DNA of 64,000 nucleotides from a bacterium. GTDB lineage: Bacteria; UBA8248. The notes below the pieces were generated by a model that had not been told where the DNA came from, searched no databases, and saw only the letters and a list, made by a program, of their open reading frames with translations. This document shows positions 12,001-21,320 of the stretch, piece after piece. How positions within the stretch are numbered: position 1 is the stretch's first letter; each line of letters begins with the position of its first letter. The position numbers and the translations under genes were made by a program. The stretch lies in NCBI GenBank assembly GCA_965219955.1, contig OZ244799.1, forward strand, positions 1,728,001 through 1,792,000, read 5' to 3'.

Positions 12001-12536
12001 GAGAAGAAATCCAGAATGCCGCCTCTCACGGCATATTCTCCGGGGGATTCGACCAGCGACCTCCTTTGGTACATCAGCGATTCGAGCGAACCGATGAACG
12101 GGTCGCGCTCAATCGCCACCCCTTCGCGCAAGTGAATCATGGCGTCGTCCAGCCGCTCGGGCGGAGGCACTCTCGTCCCCATGGCCGATACGCTCATCAG
12201 CACGACGCCTCGCTCCCCGCTGCGTAAAAACCGCAGCGCGGACATCCTCTCGCCGACGACTTCACTGGATGGGGACAACCGGGAGAAGGGATACACGTCC
12301 CATGCCGGAAAACCCAGGATCGGCAAGCCCTGCGCCCCCGAAGCGCCGACGAAAAGCTCCATATTCGCCTTAATCAGGTCGAGGCGACGCTGCTCCCCCT
12401 CGACGAAAATCACGGGCCCGGCGTGTTCGCGCGCAATCCTGACCAGCCACCAGGCGATTGACGCATCGTTCGCGCCACGCAGGGCAATCCGCCTGGCCCC
12501 GTTCATTTTCCGAGGCAGTAGAAAGGATTCATTCAT
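9075..12536 (-). CDS. mfd: Transcription-repair coupling factor
   Basis: VHVEHGVGRY, CGDVGYGKTEVA, IDEEHRFGV, TATPIPRTL, QLRGRVGR, DLEIRGAG. Confidence 0.97.
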   Translation of the reverse strand: MNESFLLPRKMNGARRIALRGANDASIAWWLVRIAREHAGPVIFVEGEQRRLDLIKANMELFVGASGAQGLPILGFPAWDVYPFSRLSPSSEVVGERMSALRFLRSGERGVVLMSVSAMGTRVPPPERLDDAMIHLREGVAIERDPFIGSLESLMYQRRSLVESPGEYAVRGGILDFFSPQNAYPTRLEFRGDEIDSLRNFNPQTQRNLDTLQSVDVFPSKEIVFSPEERERGRRALSEAGGPETSERVERLLEYLEEDGYFSGAEGLAPMFLSDMTTLFDVAPGSALWILNEAETLDEAMEKMWDEVNEEARLAPERGLVSFAPVRLWLAPEEIREELSIWPRLEFDSLGLDAPDPNNGFEAGGALRAENINPFRGRVEAFVGQLRSWRRENDSVVIVAEERTLALRIQALLREHEVGVEILPEGASLIDGRHDVVLAVGKLGAGFRLPEEHRVFFRAQDLLVGALGRDSRRLPQSKPGEGFKDLNENDLVVHVEHGVGRYMGTRVIEHLDGENEFLTLQYAGGDKLYVPMDDVERIHKYRGGGIGPPLDKLGGNRWNKTKNNVKKSLQGIARDLVRLYSERSAAEGHAFSAEGAFDHEISAGFGFEETPDQEQAIRVVLEDMERARPMDRLICGDVGYGKTEVALRAAARAISAGKQVAVIVPTTLLAHQHWDTFRKRFESLPVHVEMLSRFRSRKEQNVVVEGLSAGRVDIVIGTHRLLQKDVSFRDLGLLVIDEEHRFGVSHKEKLKKLRVNVDVLTLTATPIPRTLEMALSGTRDLSVIETPPRHRVAPRTYISRFSEKLIKDAITKEIDRGGQAFFVHNRVQSLPAMRRLLQKLAPDARILVGHGQMKERELEEVMEQFVTRRADVLLCTTIIESGLDIPSVNTIVINRADTFGMAQLYQLRGRVGRDRFQAHAYLLVSGAGSLTKQARERLQALEELSELGAGFKLAMRDLEIRGAGHLLGHRQSGQIAAVGFDMYCRLLEEVVQEAKGEAVERREPEIVAPVTGTLPPSWIPAQAERLDVYRRIASAQEPVELRELGVELQDKYGAMPVRALHLLQLGEIRLRARHCGIKSLHVRGKEAQMEIFPGDYELTAAFLDMPGMVFTDAHAFRASISGRWPEDFDFLVQVLDALEVCKVSEGELAAEGA

Positions 12537-12624
12537 GACGTGAATATTCAGATTTCAAATCGAACATCAGGCAGCAAAGTATGTCTGAGCATCTCGTATC
12601 GCATGAAAATTTCAGAAAGAACGC

Positions 12625-13944
12625 TTAATTCAAATACTTCTTCGTGATCATGAAATCCCGGAGCACGTTGGAAGACTTCTTGGGCAGCGCGACCTCAGCA
12701 CCGTTCAAGGATACCTGCGTTCCCGCGATGTTCCCCACGGTAAGCGCGAATTTTTCAGACGCCTTCCAATTCCTTTCCTTGCCCGCCAGCAAGAGGAGTT
12801 CTTCCGTATTTTTCGCATCGACCACGATTCGCAGCCATGTGTCTTCCGTCGCAAAAATCTTGAGACTCAGAGGGAGTTCTTCAGAAGCCGCAGGAGCCGG
12901 AGTCTCTTCCGCCGGAGCCGCCGGGGCCTGCTGTCCCTGTGGCGCCGCTTGAGCATTCGACGGGGTGTTGAGGGCTACCTTCTGCTCGGTTGAAGCGCTC
13001 GCTTGAGAGGAAGCGTCCGGCGAAGCCGGAATACCCGCCTGAGTCGCGGGGTTTTGCGTGGCAGGCGGACCCTCTCGAGACGAGGGTTCTTCCCGTGCAA
13101 CGGGAGCCTCCTCGACCTGGGCGCTCACCTGAACCGGTGGACTTTCCTGCGCCTGAGCCGGCGGGCTTTCTTGCGTCACGGATGCGTCCCGGACAGGAGG
13201 GGGCTCCTCAGCCACACGATTCTCCCGTGCGGGGGCGCTCGCTTGAACCGCAGGCTCCTCCTGGGCGGAAGAGGGTTTTTCCGCCTTCTCCGAAACCGGA
13301 GGCTCCTTCAAATTCACCGTCGAGGCGGGAGGACGACCCTCTTCGGGAGCCTTTCCCTCGACAACGTCGGTTTCTTTCCCCGCTCCGACCTCATTTTTCG
13401 CCTTCTCACTCGCTCCATTCAGCAGAGGGATCTTGTCCGCCACGGGCGCAACCGCGGTCCTGATCCTGCCGACAATCGATCCAATCGGAACAAGCTGCTC
13501 CGTTCTCCCTTTCATGAACCACAGGAGTCCGCCGCCGGCGACGAGAAAAATCAATACGAAAGCAATGGTTGCAACGGATGAGAACCGATTTACTCCGGAA
13601 ACGGGGCTGAAGCGGGTTTGGACCTCGGGCTCCAGCTCGTATGCTTCCAATGGGACTCCGCCCGCAATCTCTTGTTTATAGCTCGCGGCAACGGTCGTGC
13701 TGTCCACGCCGACCGCATCCGCAAAAGCGCGGATGAAACCCAGACCCACCGGCCCCGCAGGCAATTTATCGAAATCACCGGTTTCGATACTTTCCAGGTA
13801 ATATGTACGGATTCGCGTCTTCTCGGAGATCGAACGAAGGGGTATCTCCTTTTCCTCGCGCAAACGACGCAAGAAAGGCCCCACACCATCTTTTTCTATT
13901 TGTTCCATCAGTCTCGGGTCGAGCTCATCCATCACGCGCCCCAT
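12625..13944 (-). CDS. rodZ: RodZ-like HTH membrane protein
   Basis: N-terminal HTH (LRRLREEKEIPLRSISEKTRIRTYYLESIE), one TM segment, Pro/Ala/Glu linker, C-terminal TWLRIVVD...VGNIAG domain. Confidence 0.85.
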   Translation of the reverse strand: MGRVMDELDPRLMEQIEKDGVGPFLRRLREEKEIPLRSISEKTRIRTYYLESIETGDFDKLPAGPVGLGFIRAFADAVGVDSTTVAASYKQEIAGGVPLEAYELEPEVQTRFSPVSGVNRFSSVATIAFVLIFLVAGGGLLWFMKGRTEQLVPIGSIVGRIRTAVAPVADKIPLLNGASEKAKNEVGAGKETDVVEGKAPEEGRPPASTVNLKEPPVSEKAEKPSSAQEEPAVQASAPARENRVAEEPPPVRDASVTQESPPAQAQESPPVQVSAQVEEAPVAREEPSSREGPPATQNPATQAGIPASPDASSQASASTEQKVALNTPSNAQAAPQGQQAPAAPAEETPAPAASEELPLSLKIFATEDTWLRIVVDAKNTEELLLLAGKERNWKASEKFALTVGNIAGTQVSLNGAEVALPKKSSNVLRDFMITKKYLN

Positions 13945-14044
13945 TTCACCAAATTCAACAGAAACGACCCGAATTATGGGATCGAGTCTATTTCATAATC
14001 GGGTCGAAAGTCAATGTTTGAAAAACGGGAACCGCCTCTTTCCG

Positions 14045-14390
14045 GGGCTGTTGAAAAAGCTTCTCCGTTGGAATTGACGATTCGTTTCGCGTGCGCCCGG
14101 ATTCGAGCGTCGTTACGGAGACGGCTGATGCGGTTCGCCACGAAGCCGTCATTCCGGAATGCGCCGGCATGACGAGCGAATACCGCGCCCGTTGCAGGGG
14201 CGGTTCGCGAACCGCCCCTACGGGGGCTGTTGAAAAAGTCCTCTCAAGCGGTGGGGATAAGATGGTTTTGTAGGGACAACCCTCCGTGGTTGTCCTTTGC
14301 GGGATGGTTGCCGTCAGGACAGGCACGGAGGCCTGTCCCTACGGCGAACAATCTCGAAGGTCGGATAGGGCTTTTTCAACGACCCCCTTT
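14045..14390. repeat. Intergenic repeat cluster (GGGCTGTTGAAAAA ends, GTCATTCCGG hairpin, GTAG-REP doublets)
   Basis: Same units recur elsewhere in window. Confidence 0.8.
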
Positions 14391-14444
14391 CGGGGCGGAT
14401 ATGGCCTTTGAGTGAGGAGACAGCAGGTAATCTTTGCGAAAAAT

Positions 14445-15314
14445 TTACGAAATCATGGAGAGAATCAGGGGCGTTACGTGGCAGATGCTCGGATTCGCGG
14501 CATCCGACAGCAAGGTGTCCGCACCTTTCCCGTAGAGCAATATGGGTACGGGGTTTCCGGTGTGCGCGGAGGTTTCCATGTCCTCCACGTTGCCGTGATC
14601 GCTGCTGAGAACGAACGTATCTTCATCCGGGTCGAGCCGCCGGAGCGCGGCCTGCAGGAAGCGGTTCAAGTCCGCCAGAACTTCAGCGGCCTCCTCCACG
14701 GTTCCGCGGTGTCCGACGTGGTCGGTCTTAAAAAACTCATAGACCAGCAAATCCTTTGCGCGCGCCATATCTCCCAGGCGAGCGCCCGCCTCCCCTGCGT
14801 CCAGCGTCGCGACATCATGGCCCTGCTCGACGATAATCGCGTTCGTGTAGTCGCGGTAAACGGCCCTCCCCTCGACGAGATCCTCGAGGCGGTTCAGCCG
14901 CATTCCCGCGCTCTCGGCCATCACCGTGGTCACCGAGCGGATGCGGTTTCTGCCGCGCATGAAAAAACGGGGCGTATACGTGTTGGCGAACCCGACGGCG
15001 GCACCTCTCTCGCGGGCGCGCCTCAAGAGTCCGTTTCGGGCGATGATGCGGCGCAACTGCGTATTCGGCAGTGCCTGAATGTGCCTTCCCACCGCCTTGG
15101 GCGCGTTCACGCCCGTGAACAAGGCGGTCCCGCCCGTCGCGCTCTGGGGGATACCCTCGACGCCGAGGCAGGCGTCCGCCTCGATGAGGCGGAAACCGGC
15201 CGTCTCGTTTCCGCACAAAAGCCCCAGCGGAGGCTCCTTCACGCGGGAGAGCGGATTGCCCGGCGCAGGCGGTGCGATCCCCAGGCCGTCCACGAACACG
15301 AAAAGAACGGACAT
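14445..15314 (-). CDS. Alkaline phosphatase superfamily metalloenzyme (phosphoglycerate mutase/phosphopentomutase-like)
   Basis: FVDGLG, PQSATG, TDHVGH, SSDHGN, HTGNPVP metal-binding motifs. Confidence 0.8.
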   Translation of the reverse strand: MSVLFVFVDGLGIAPPAPGNPLSRVKEPPLGLLCGNETAGFRLIEADACLGVEGIPQSATGGTALFTGVNAPKAVGRHIQALPNTQLRRIIARNGLLRRARERGAAVGFANTYTPRFFMRGRNRIRSVTTVMAESAGMRLNRLEDLVEGRAVYRDYTNAIIVEQGHDVATLDAGEAGARLGDMARAKDLLVYEFFKTDHVGHRGTVEEAAEVLADLNRFLQAALRRLDPDEDTFVLSSDHGNVEDMETSAHTGNPVPILLYGKGADTLLSDAANPSICHVTPLILSMIS

Positions 15315-15315
15315 G

Positions 15316-16335
15316 CTACAGCGTTCTTCCGGCGGCCTCTGCGAAAACCTTGAGTTCATCGACGAGGGCGGCGAACTTCTCGGGTTTGAGCGACTGCGGC
15401 CCGTCGCTCATCGCCCTCTCGGGTTCGGGGTGCATCTCCAGCATCAGGCCGTCCGCCCCGACGGCCACGGACGCCTTCGCCAGGGGCGCGACGAACCGCC
15501 AGGCGCCCGCCGCGTGGCTCGGGTCCACCACGACCGGCAAATGCGTCTGCTCCTTGAGCACGGGCACGGCGCTGATGTCCAGCGTGTTGCGCGTGGCCGT
15601 CTCGAAGGTGCGTATCCCCCGCTCGCACAGCACGACGTTCGGGTTCCCCTGGCTCATGATGTATTCGGCCGACATCAGGAACTCTTCGATGGTCGTGGAC
15701 ATGCCGCGCTTCAGGAAAATGGTCTTCTTCGTCTTGCCGACTTTTTTCAGCAGCGAGAAGTTCTGCACGTTGCGCGCGCCGATTTGCAGCACGTCCGCAT
15801 ACTCGCAGCACACGTCGATGTCTTCTGAATCCATGACTTCCGTCTGGATGGGAAGCCCCGTCTTCTCGCGCGCCTCGGCGAGGAGCTTCAGGCCTTCTTC
15901 CGCCATGCCCTGGAAGCTGTAAGGGGAGGTGCGCGGCTTGTAGGCGCCGCCTCTCAGGACGTGGCCGCCACCCGTTTTGACCACATCGGCGGATTCCATG
16001 ATCTGCTCCCTGCTCTCCACGGAGCACGGCCCGCCGACGATGATGATTTGATCACCCCCGATTTCCACTCCCTCGCCCATCGGCAACTGGCTGCGCTCGG
16101 GCCTTCCCTCCGCGCTCGCCAGTTTGAAGGGCTTGAGAATGGGCATCGCGCTTTCCACTCCATTCAAAGAAACAAGTGATTCCAGCATGTATTTCCCCCG
16201 TTCATCCCCGATGGCACCGATCACCGTACGCTCCACCCCTTTGATGACGTGCTCCTTGTAGCCGAGTTCATTGATCCTGCCGATGGCGTTCTGAATTTCC
16301 TCATCCGTCGCGCCCTGCTTCATCACGATAATCAA
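15316..16335 (-). CDS. aroF: 3-deoxy-7-phosphoheptulonate (DAHP) synthase, type Ibeta with N-terminal regulatory domain
   Basis: [44 protein letters not shown]; TTG start with AAGGAG RBS. Confidence 0.95.
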   Translation of the reverse strand: MIIVMKQGATDEEIQNAIGRINELGYKEHVIKGVERTVIGAIGDERGKYMLESLVSLNGVESAMPILKPFKLASAEGRPERSQLPMGEGVEIGGDQIIIVGGPCSVESREQIMESADVVKTGGGHVLRGGAYKPRTSPYSFQGMAEEGLKLLAEAREKTGLPIQTEVMDSEDIDVCCEYADVLQIGARNVQNFSLLKKVGKTKKTIFLKRGMSTTIEEFLMSAEYIMSQGNPNVVLCERGIRTFETATRNTLDISAVPVLKEQTHLPVVVDPSHAAGAWRFVAPLAKASVAVGADGLMLEMHPEPERAMSDGPQSLKPEKFAALVDELKVFAEAAGRTL

Positions 16336-16378
16336 GATAAATCTCCTTTTTCCCTCTCGGAACTCTCATGTAATCATC

Positions 16379-16411
16379 AAAAAAAATCGCCGTGAGGCTC
16401 TCCCACGGCGA
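16379..16411 (-). terminator. Attenuator terminator upstream of aroF
   Basis: Minus strand TCGCCGTG-GGAGAGCCT-CACGGCGA followed by T8. Confidence 0.85.
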
Positions 16412-16465
16412 GTGTTTCTCTATTTGACCGTGGCGCCGGGCTGCCCGCCCGCCGCCGTTCGTTTT

Positions 16466-16546
16466 CTACATAACGGCGCGCGGACGGACGGGGATAAAGC
16501 CGAAAAAGCAATACCCGCCGCAATATCTTCTCATCGTCCGCATCAT
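16466..16546 (-). CDS. Putative Tyr/Phe-rich attenuation leader peptide of aroF
   Basis: MMRTMRRYCGGYCFFGFIPVRPRAVM*, AGAGG RBS, five Tyr/Phe codons within ten, directly before terminator. Confidence 0.75.
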   Translation of the reverse strand: MMRTMRRYCGGYCFFGFIPVRPRAVM

Positions 16547-16650
16547 GACCGCCTCTGGAATCTCAGGAAATTGCATTCGTATCGAAAAAGCGCCTTAAGA
16601 TAATCCCGCAAACTTACATGAGTCAACCCCTTGGACGCGGATATTTCAGA

Positions 16651-17817
16651 TTATTTCGGCCTCCGCGCCACTTCGGTGAGTCTTCGCCGATCCTTCCCCG
16701 ACGGTCTGAGCAGCCTGCCCCCCAGGACCACGTGCGTCGCCTCGAGCATCCGGTCCCCCGTGCGCCGTGACCCCATGGCGTCCTCGAATACGAACCTGCC
16801 CTCCTTCACCCGGAACACGGCGACGTCGCCCCGCGCGCCTTTCTTGAGCGTCCCCACCTCCCCCTTGAGGCCAATCCACTCGGCCGCCGTCTGCGTGCTG
16901 AGGCGCACCACCTCCGCAAGGGGGAGCCCCAGGGCCAGGAACTTGCTCATGAGGCTGGGAAAATCATACACCGGGCCGTGGATGCAGTGCGTATGGAGGT
17001 CCGTGCTCAGGTTCCCCGGCATCAGGCCCTGCGCCATGGCTTGCTCCATGATCTCGAAGCTGAAGCTCGAGCGCCCGTGCGCCACGTCGAGCAGCACGCC
17101 GGAATCCCTCGCCTCCCACACCGCGCGGCGCACCCGGCCCCGTGCGTCGAGTATGTTCTCCCGCCTGCCGTGAAAGGCGTGCGTGAGCACGTCGCCCGGA
17201 CGCAGCCGCTTCAGGATGCTCGGCAAAGAGGAAGGCGTGTCACCCACGTGCGCCATGAGGGGGACTTTCAGGAACTCCGCCGCTTCGAGCGCCGCATCCA
17301 GGGGTTTGGCGCCGCTTCGCTCCACCACGTTATCGCTCAAGCGCACCTTCATGCCGATCAGGTATTTCCGGTGCTTCTGGTAACAATCCACCGCCCTGTC
17401 GGCGCGCAGCGCGCGCATGTCGATGTTCTCGCCGAGGCCGTCTATCAGGAGCCCGCCTTCAGAGATGTTCAAGTACGCGCGCACCGTCGGGCGCGCTTTC
17501 TCCAGGAACCATTCCTGGAAACCCGGGTACGTCTGCGCGCCGGCGCTGCCCGTATCGACCGCCGTCGTGACGCCGCGCGAGAGCATGGCGGTTTCCAAAT
17601 TCACGCCGTAGTGCGTAAAGCCCTCATAAAAATGGCAGTGGAGGTCGACCAGGCCGGGGGTGACGATTTTTCCCCGCGCGTTGAGCGTCTGCCTGCCCCT
17701 CGGCTCGACGTGGGGAGCGACTCTCCGCACGCGGCCGCGAACGATCTCCACGTCCATCGTCCCCTCCAGACCCTGCGAGGGATCGACCACGTATCCGCCG
17801 CGAATGACGAGGTCCAT
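16651..17817 (-). CDS. Amidohydrolase / dihydroorotase-like metallohydrolase
   Basis: PGLVDLHCH, VDTGSAG, GMKVRLS, LTHAFHG, DVAHGRSSFSF, STDLH. Confidence 0.85.
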   Translation of the reverse strand: MDLVIRGGYVVDPSQGLEGTMDVEIVRGRVRRVAPHVEPRGRQTLNARGKIVTPGLVDLHCHFYEGFTHYGVNLETAMLSRGVTTAVDTGSAGAQTYPGFQEWFLEKARPTVRAYLNISEGGLLIDGLGENIDMRALRADRAVDCYQKHRKYLIGMKVRLSDNVVERSGAKPLDAALEAAEFLKVPLMAHVGDTPSSLPSILKRLRPGDVLTHAFHGRRENILDARGRVRRAVWEARDSGVLLDVAHGRSSFSFEIMEQAMAQGLMPGNLSTDLHTHCIHGPVYDFPSLMSKFLALGLPLAEVVRLSTQTAAEWIGLKGEVGTLKKGARGDVAVFRVKEGRFVFEDAMGSRRTGDRMLEATHVVLGGRLLRPSGKDRRRLTEVARRPK

Positions 17818-18030
17818 GCGCAAGACTCCTCAAGCGAAAAGGGCGCATGCCGAGAGCTTCGGCGAACGCCTGAGCGAACGAAATTGGATCCGGGGCATTA
17901 TTCCTCCGCAAGCGTTGAGGCGCAATCGCTGCGAAGAGGGATGAAACGCCTCCCGCGTAAATCGACGCAAAATTGACAAAGCGAAAGCGTGAAATTATAT
18001 TGCGGATACCCATGGACAAGGAGAAACGAG

Positions 18031-18210
18031 ATGGGCCGGAACGTCGCGAAGAATCTCGAAGATGTCGCGGACCACGAGGAAACCGGAGAGTTCGAAGACG
18101 CCGTCGACGCCGAAATGGCCGAGAAAATACTGAGAGATATCGAAAAAGGGCGTGAGAAACTCGTATCGGGAAAAGAATTAACCGAGACCCTTGATCGCAT
18201 CACCATCTAA
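18031..18210 (+). CDS. Small acidic antitoxin-like protein (possibly truncated)
   Basis: GGAG RBS; C-terminal DAEMAEKILRDIEKGREKLVS resembles RelB-type antitoxin tails; followed by overlapping 12-aa MAEKEL ORF. Confidence 0.45.
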   Translation: MGRNVAKNLEDVADHEETGEFEDAVDAEMAEKILRDIEKGREKLVSGKELTETLDRITI

Positions 18211-18317
18211 TGGCTGAGAAGGAACTGTTCATTAACTTATCGAAATAAAATGATGCAAGGCCTCCATCAGCTTGCCCGTCTCACTCCAATCCAAAATCAA
18301 ACCGCTGGAGCCATGAA

Positions 18318-19490
18318 ATGAGTCTGCAAACGGAAACCACGCTGCAATTCGACCTCGACGAAACCCAGAAGATGCTCCGCCAGACGGTGCGCGAACTCTC
18401 GGAGCGCTACATCGCCCCGCGGGCCGCCGACATCGACGAGAACGAGGAATACCCAGAAGACATCTACCAGCTCCAGAAAGAACACGGCCTGCTCGGCATC
18501 TTCTTCCCCGAGGAATACGGGGGCGGCGGCATGGGCTTTCTGGGCGGCTGCATCGCCATCGAGGAGATCGCGCGCGTCTGCTCGAACTCTCCGCTGTTCA
18601 TCGTGCTCAACATGCTATCGAGCCGCGTCATCGACCTGAGCGGCACGCAGGAGCAGAAAGACCACTACATGACGGGCCTGGCGAAGGGCGAACTCAGGGG
18701 CTCCTACGCCCTCACCGAGCCCCACGCGGGCTCGGACGCCGGCAACATCCGCACGCGCGCCGTCAAGGAGGGCGACGAGTGGGTCATCAACGGCACGAAG
18801 TGCTTCTGCACGGGGCCCGACAAGGCGGACTTCATCACCGTCGCCGCCAAGACGGACCCCCACGCGGGCACGCGCGGCATCACCTACTACATCGTGCCCA
18901 CCGACGCGCCGGGCTTCAGCATCGCCAAGCACGAGCGCAAGATGGGGATGCGCGGCATCGCCACCTGCATGCTCAACCTCGACAACGTGGCCGTCCCGCT
19001 CGAGAACCAGGTGGGCGATCTGAACGGGGGCTTCAAGACCGCGATGATCGGCTTCAACCAGATGCGGCCCGCCATCGGCTCGCGCGCGGTGGGTCTGGCC
19101 CAGGGATGCCTCGACTACGCGGCGAACTACGCCAAGGAGCGCGAGGCGTTCGGCAAGCCCATCGCCCAGCACCAGGCCGTGCAGTTCATGCTGGCGGACA
19201 TGTTCATGGACATCGAGGCGGCGCGGCTGCTCGTCTACCGCGCGGCGGCGATGGTGGACGCCGGCCGGATCGGCAAGGAGAACGCCAGGTACTTCTCGAC
19301 GGCCAAGACCTACGCGGCCGACATGGCGATGAAGTGCGCGATAGACGGCATTCAGGTCCTCGGCGGGGCGGGCTACATGAAGGACCACCCGCTAGAGCGG
19401 TTCATGCGCGACGCCAAGCAAATCCAGATCGTCGAGGGAACGAGCCAGATACAGCGGATGATCATCGCCCGGAACCTGCTCGACCTCTAG
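18318..19490 (+). CDS. Acyl-CoA dehydrogenase family protein
   Basis: ALTEPHAGSD, WVINGTKCF, FGKPIAQHQAVQFMLADM, QVLGGAGY, IVEGTSQIQR. Confidence 0.95.
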   Translation: MSLQTETTLQFDLDETQKMLRQTVRELSERYIAPRAADIDENEEYPEDIYQLQKEHGLLGIFFPEEYGGGGMGFLGGCIAIEEIARVCSNSPLFIVLNMLSSRVIDLSGTQEQKDHYMTGLAKGELRGSYALTEPHAGSDAGNIRTRAVKEGDEWVINGTKCFCTGPDKADFITVAAKTDPHAGTRGITYYIVPTDAPGFSIAKHERKMGMRGIATCMLNLDNVAVPLENQVGDLNGGFKTAMIGFNQMRPAIGSRAVGLAQGCLDYAANYAKEREAFGKPIAQHQAVQFMLADMFMDIEAARLLVYRAAAMVDAGRIGKENARYFSTAKTYAADMAMKCAIDGIQVLGGAGYMKDHPLERFMRDAKQIQIVEGTSQIQRMIIARNLLDL

Positions 19491-19503
19491 GGGCAAGCCG
19501 GGG

Positions 19504-20670
19504 GTGACGGGTAAGGTGGATACAGGGGGCGCGTTCGAACTTGACGAAGCCCAGCGGATGCTGGCCGAGACGGTGTATGAACTGAGCCGACGCCACGTCG
19601 CGCCCCGCGCCGCTGCGATCGACGAGAACGACGAATACCCCGAAGACGTATTCCAGCTCTTGAAATCCCACGATCTGCTCGGCCTCTACGTTCCCGAAGC
19701 CTACGGCGGGGCGGGTCTGGGCATTCTGGAAACCTGCCTCGCCATCGAGCAGATGGCGCGGTTTTGCTCGAACTCCCCTCTTTTCTTCTCCGTCCACCTG
19801 CTCGCCACGCGCCCCGTCGCCATCGGCGGAAGCGAGGAGCAAAAGCGAACCTATCTCACCGGCGTCGCGCGGGGCGAATTGCGGCCCGCCTTCTCGCTCA
19901 CCGAGCCGCACGCGGGTTCTGACGCCGCGAACATATCGACGCGGGCGATACGGGACGGCGACTCGTGGGTCATCAACGGCGCCAAATGCTACTGCACGGG
20001 CTCGAGCGTTGCGGACTTCATCACCGTGGCGGCGAAAACGGAACCAGATAAAGGGGCGAAGGGCATATCGTTCTTCATCGTTCCCAGGGGGGAATTCCGC
20101 GTGGGCCGACATGAGCGCAAGATGGGGATGCGGGGCATCCCGACTTGTGAGGTGTTTCTCGAAAACGCGCGCGTACCGCTTGAAAACATGATCGGCGAGC
20201 AAGGCCTCGGCTTCAAGACGGCCATGCTGGGCTTCAACCAGGCGCGGCCCGCCATCGGCGCGCGGGGCGTGGGCCTGGCGCAGGGGTGTCTCGATTACGC
20301 ATCTGAATACGCCAGGGAGCGCGTAGCCTTCGGCAAGCCCATCGCCCAGCACCAGGCCGTGCAGTTCATGCTCGCCGACATGTTCATGGAAACCGAGGCG
20401 GCCCGTCTGCTCGTTTACCGCGCCGCCTCGATGGTGGATAATGGCCGCTACCGGAAAGAAGACGTGCATTTCATCTGCGCCGCGAAATGCTACGCCACCG
20501 ACGCCGCCATGAAGGCCGCCGTGGACGGCGTTCAGGTGCTCGGCGGCGCGGGCTACATGATGGACCATCCGCTCGAGCGGTTCATGAGAGACGCGAAGCA
20601 GTTGCAGATTATCGAGGGGACCAACCAGATCCAGCGCATGGTCATCGCCCAGAATTTATTGAGCTTATAG
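19504..20670 (+). CDS. Acyl-CoA dehydrogenase family protein (tandem paralog)
   Basis: SLTEPHAGSD, FGKPIAQHQAVQ, IIEGTNQIQR; closely similar to upstream gene. Confidence 0.95.
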   Translation: MTGKVDTGGAFELDEAQRMLAETVYELSRRHVAPRAAAIDENDEYPEDVFQLLKSHDLLGLYVPEAYGGAGLGILETCLAIEQMARFCSNSPLFFSVHLLATRPVAIGGSEEQKRTYLTGVARGELRPAFSLTEPHAGSDAANISTRAIRDGDSWVINGAKCYCTGSSVADFITVAAKTEPDKGAKGISFFIVPRGEFRVGRHERKMGMRGIPTCEVFLENARVPLENMIGEQGLGFKTAMLGFNQARPAIGARGVGLAQGCLDYASEYARERVAFGKPIAQHQAVQFMLADMFMETEAARLLVYRAASMVDNGRYRKEDVHFICAAKCYATDAAMKAAVDGVQVLGGAGYMMDHPLERFMRDAKQLQIIEGTNQIQRMVIAQNLLSL

Positions 20671-20699
20671 TTTTTCGTTCCCCATTACGGAGATTCGAG

Positions 20700-21308
20700 A
20701 TGAGCCAGATGATCGAAATCGTAAAACCCACCTCTTTCGTCCGCGCGGGCGACCACCCCCTGGCGGAGCGGCCCGAAGACCTGGGGGGTCTCAAAGTCGG
20801 CTTTTTCCACAACAACAAGCCCAACGCCGACGTCCTTCTCGAGCGGATCGAGGAGTTGTTCGCCCAGGAGGACGAGACGCTGCGCTTCATCCGGTGGGGA
20901 AAGCCGAACCCCACCCTGCCCGAGGATCGCATCGAGGAATTCATCGCACAGGTGGACGTCGCCGTCTGCGCGGTGGGGGACTGAGGGAGCTGCACGTCAT
21001 GGAGTATCCATGACTCGGTGGAGATGGAAAAAGCGGGCGTTCCGACGGCCACGTTCTGCTCCAGTGAATTCTCGGCCCTGGGCGCGAACGAGAGAACGGC
21101 CTTGGGGATGCCCGGCCTCCCGATAGTCGTCGTGGCGCACCCGGTGGGCGGCATCGCGCCCGACCAGGCGCGCGCCCTGGGCGACGGCGCGGCGGGAGAG
21201 GTTCGGCGCATCCTCACGGGCGATGCCGAATCGCTCAGAAAAGAATACCGGGAGCGCGAATACGTCCCGCCCCGCAAGACGGTGCGCCACAAGGCGCTCT
21301 TCGCATAG
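20700..21308 (+). CDS. UGSC-family selenoprotein (in-frame TGA at 20982-20984 read as Sec)
   Basis: ORFs 20487-20984 and 21018-21308 share a frame and join as AVGD-U-GSCTSWSIHDSVEMEKAGVPT; hairpin GTCATGGA-GTA-TCCATGAC starts 11 nt after the TGA. Confidence 0.88.
20996..21014 (+). promoter_or_regulatory. Putative bacterial SECIS hairpin
   Basis: Perfect 8-bp stem with G-containing loop, 11 nt downstream of the in-frame TGA. Confidence 0.7.
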
Positions 21309-21320
21309 GCGGGCTTCGGT

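Noticed and set aside
20982-20984. TGA as a pseudogene-causing nonsense mutation
   Set aside because: It falls exactly in the UGSC motif and is followed by a SECIS-like hairpin, so Sec decoding is more likely.
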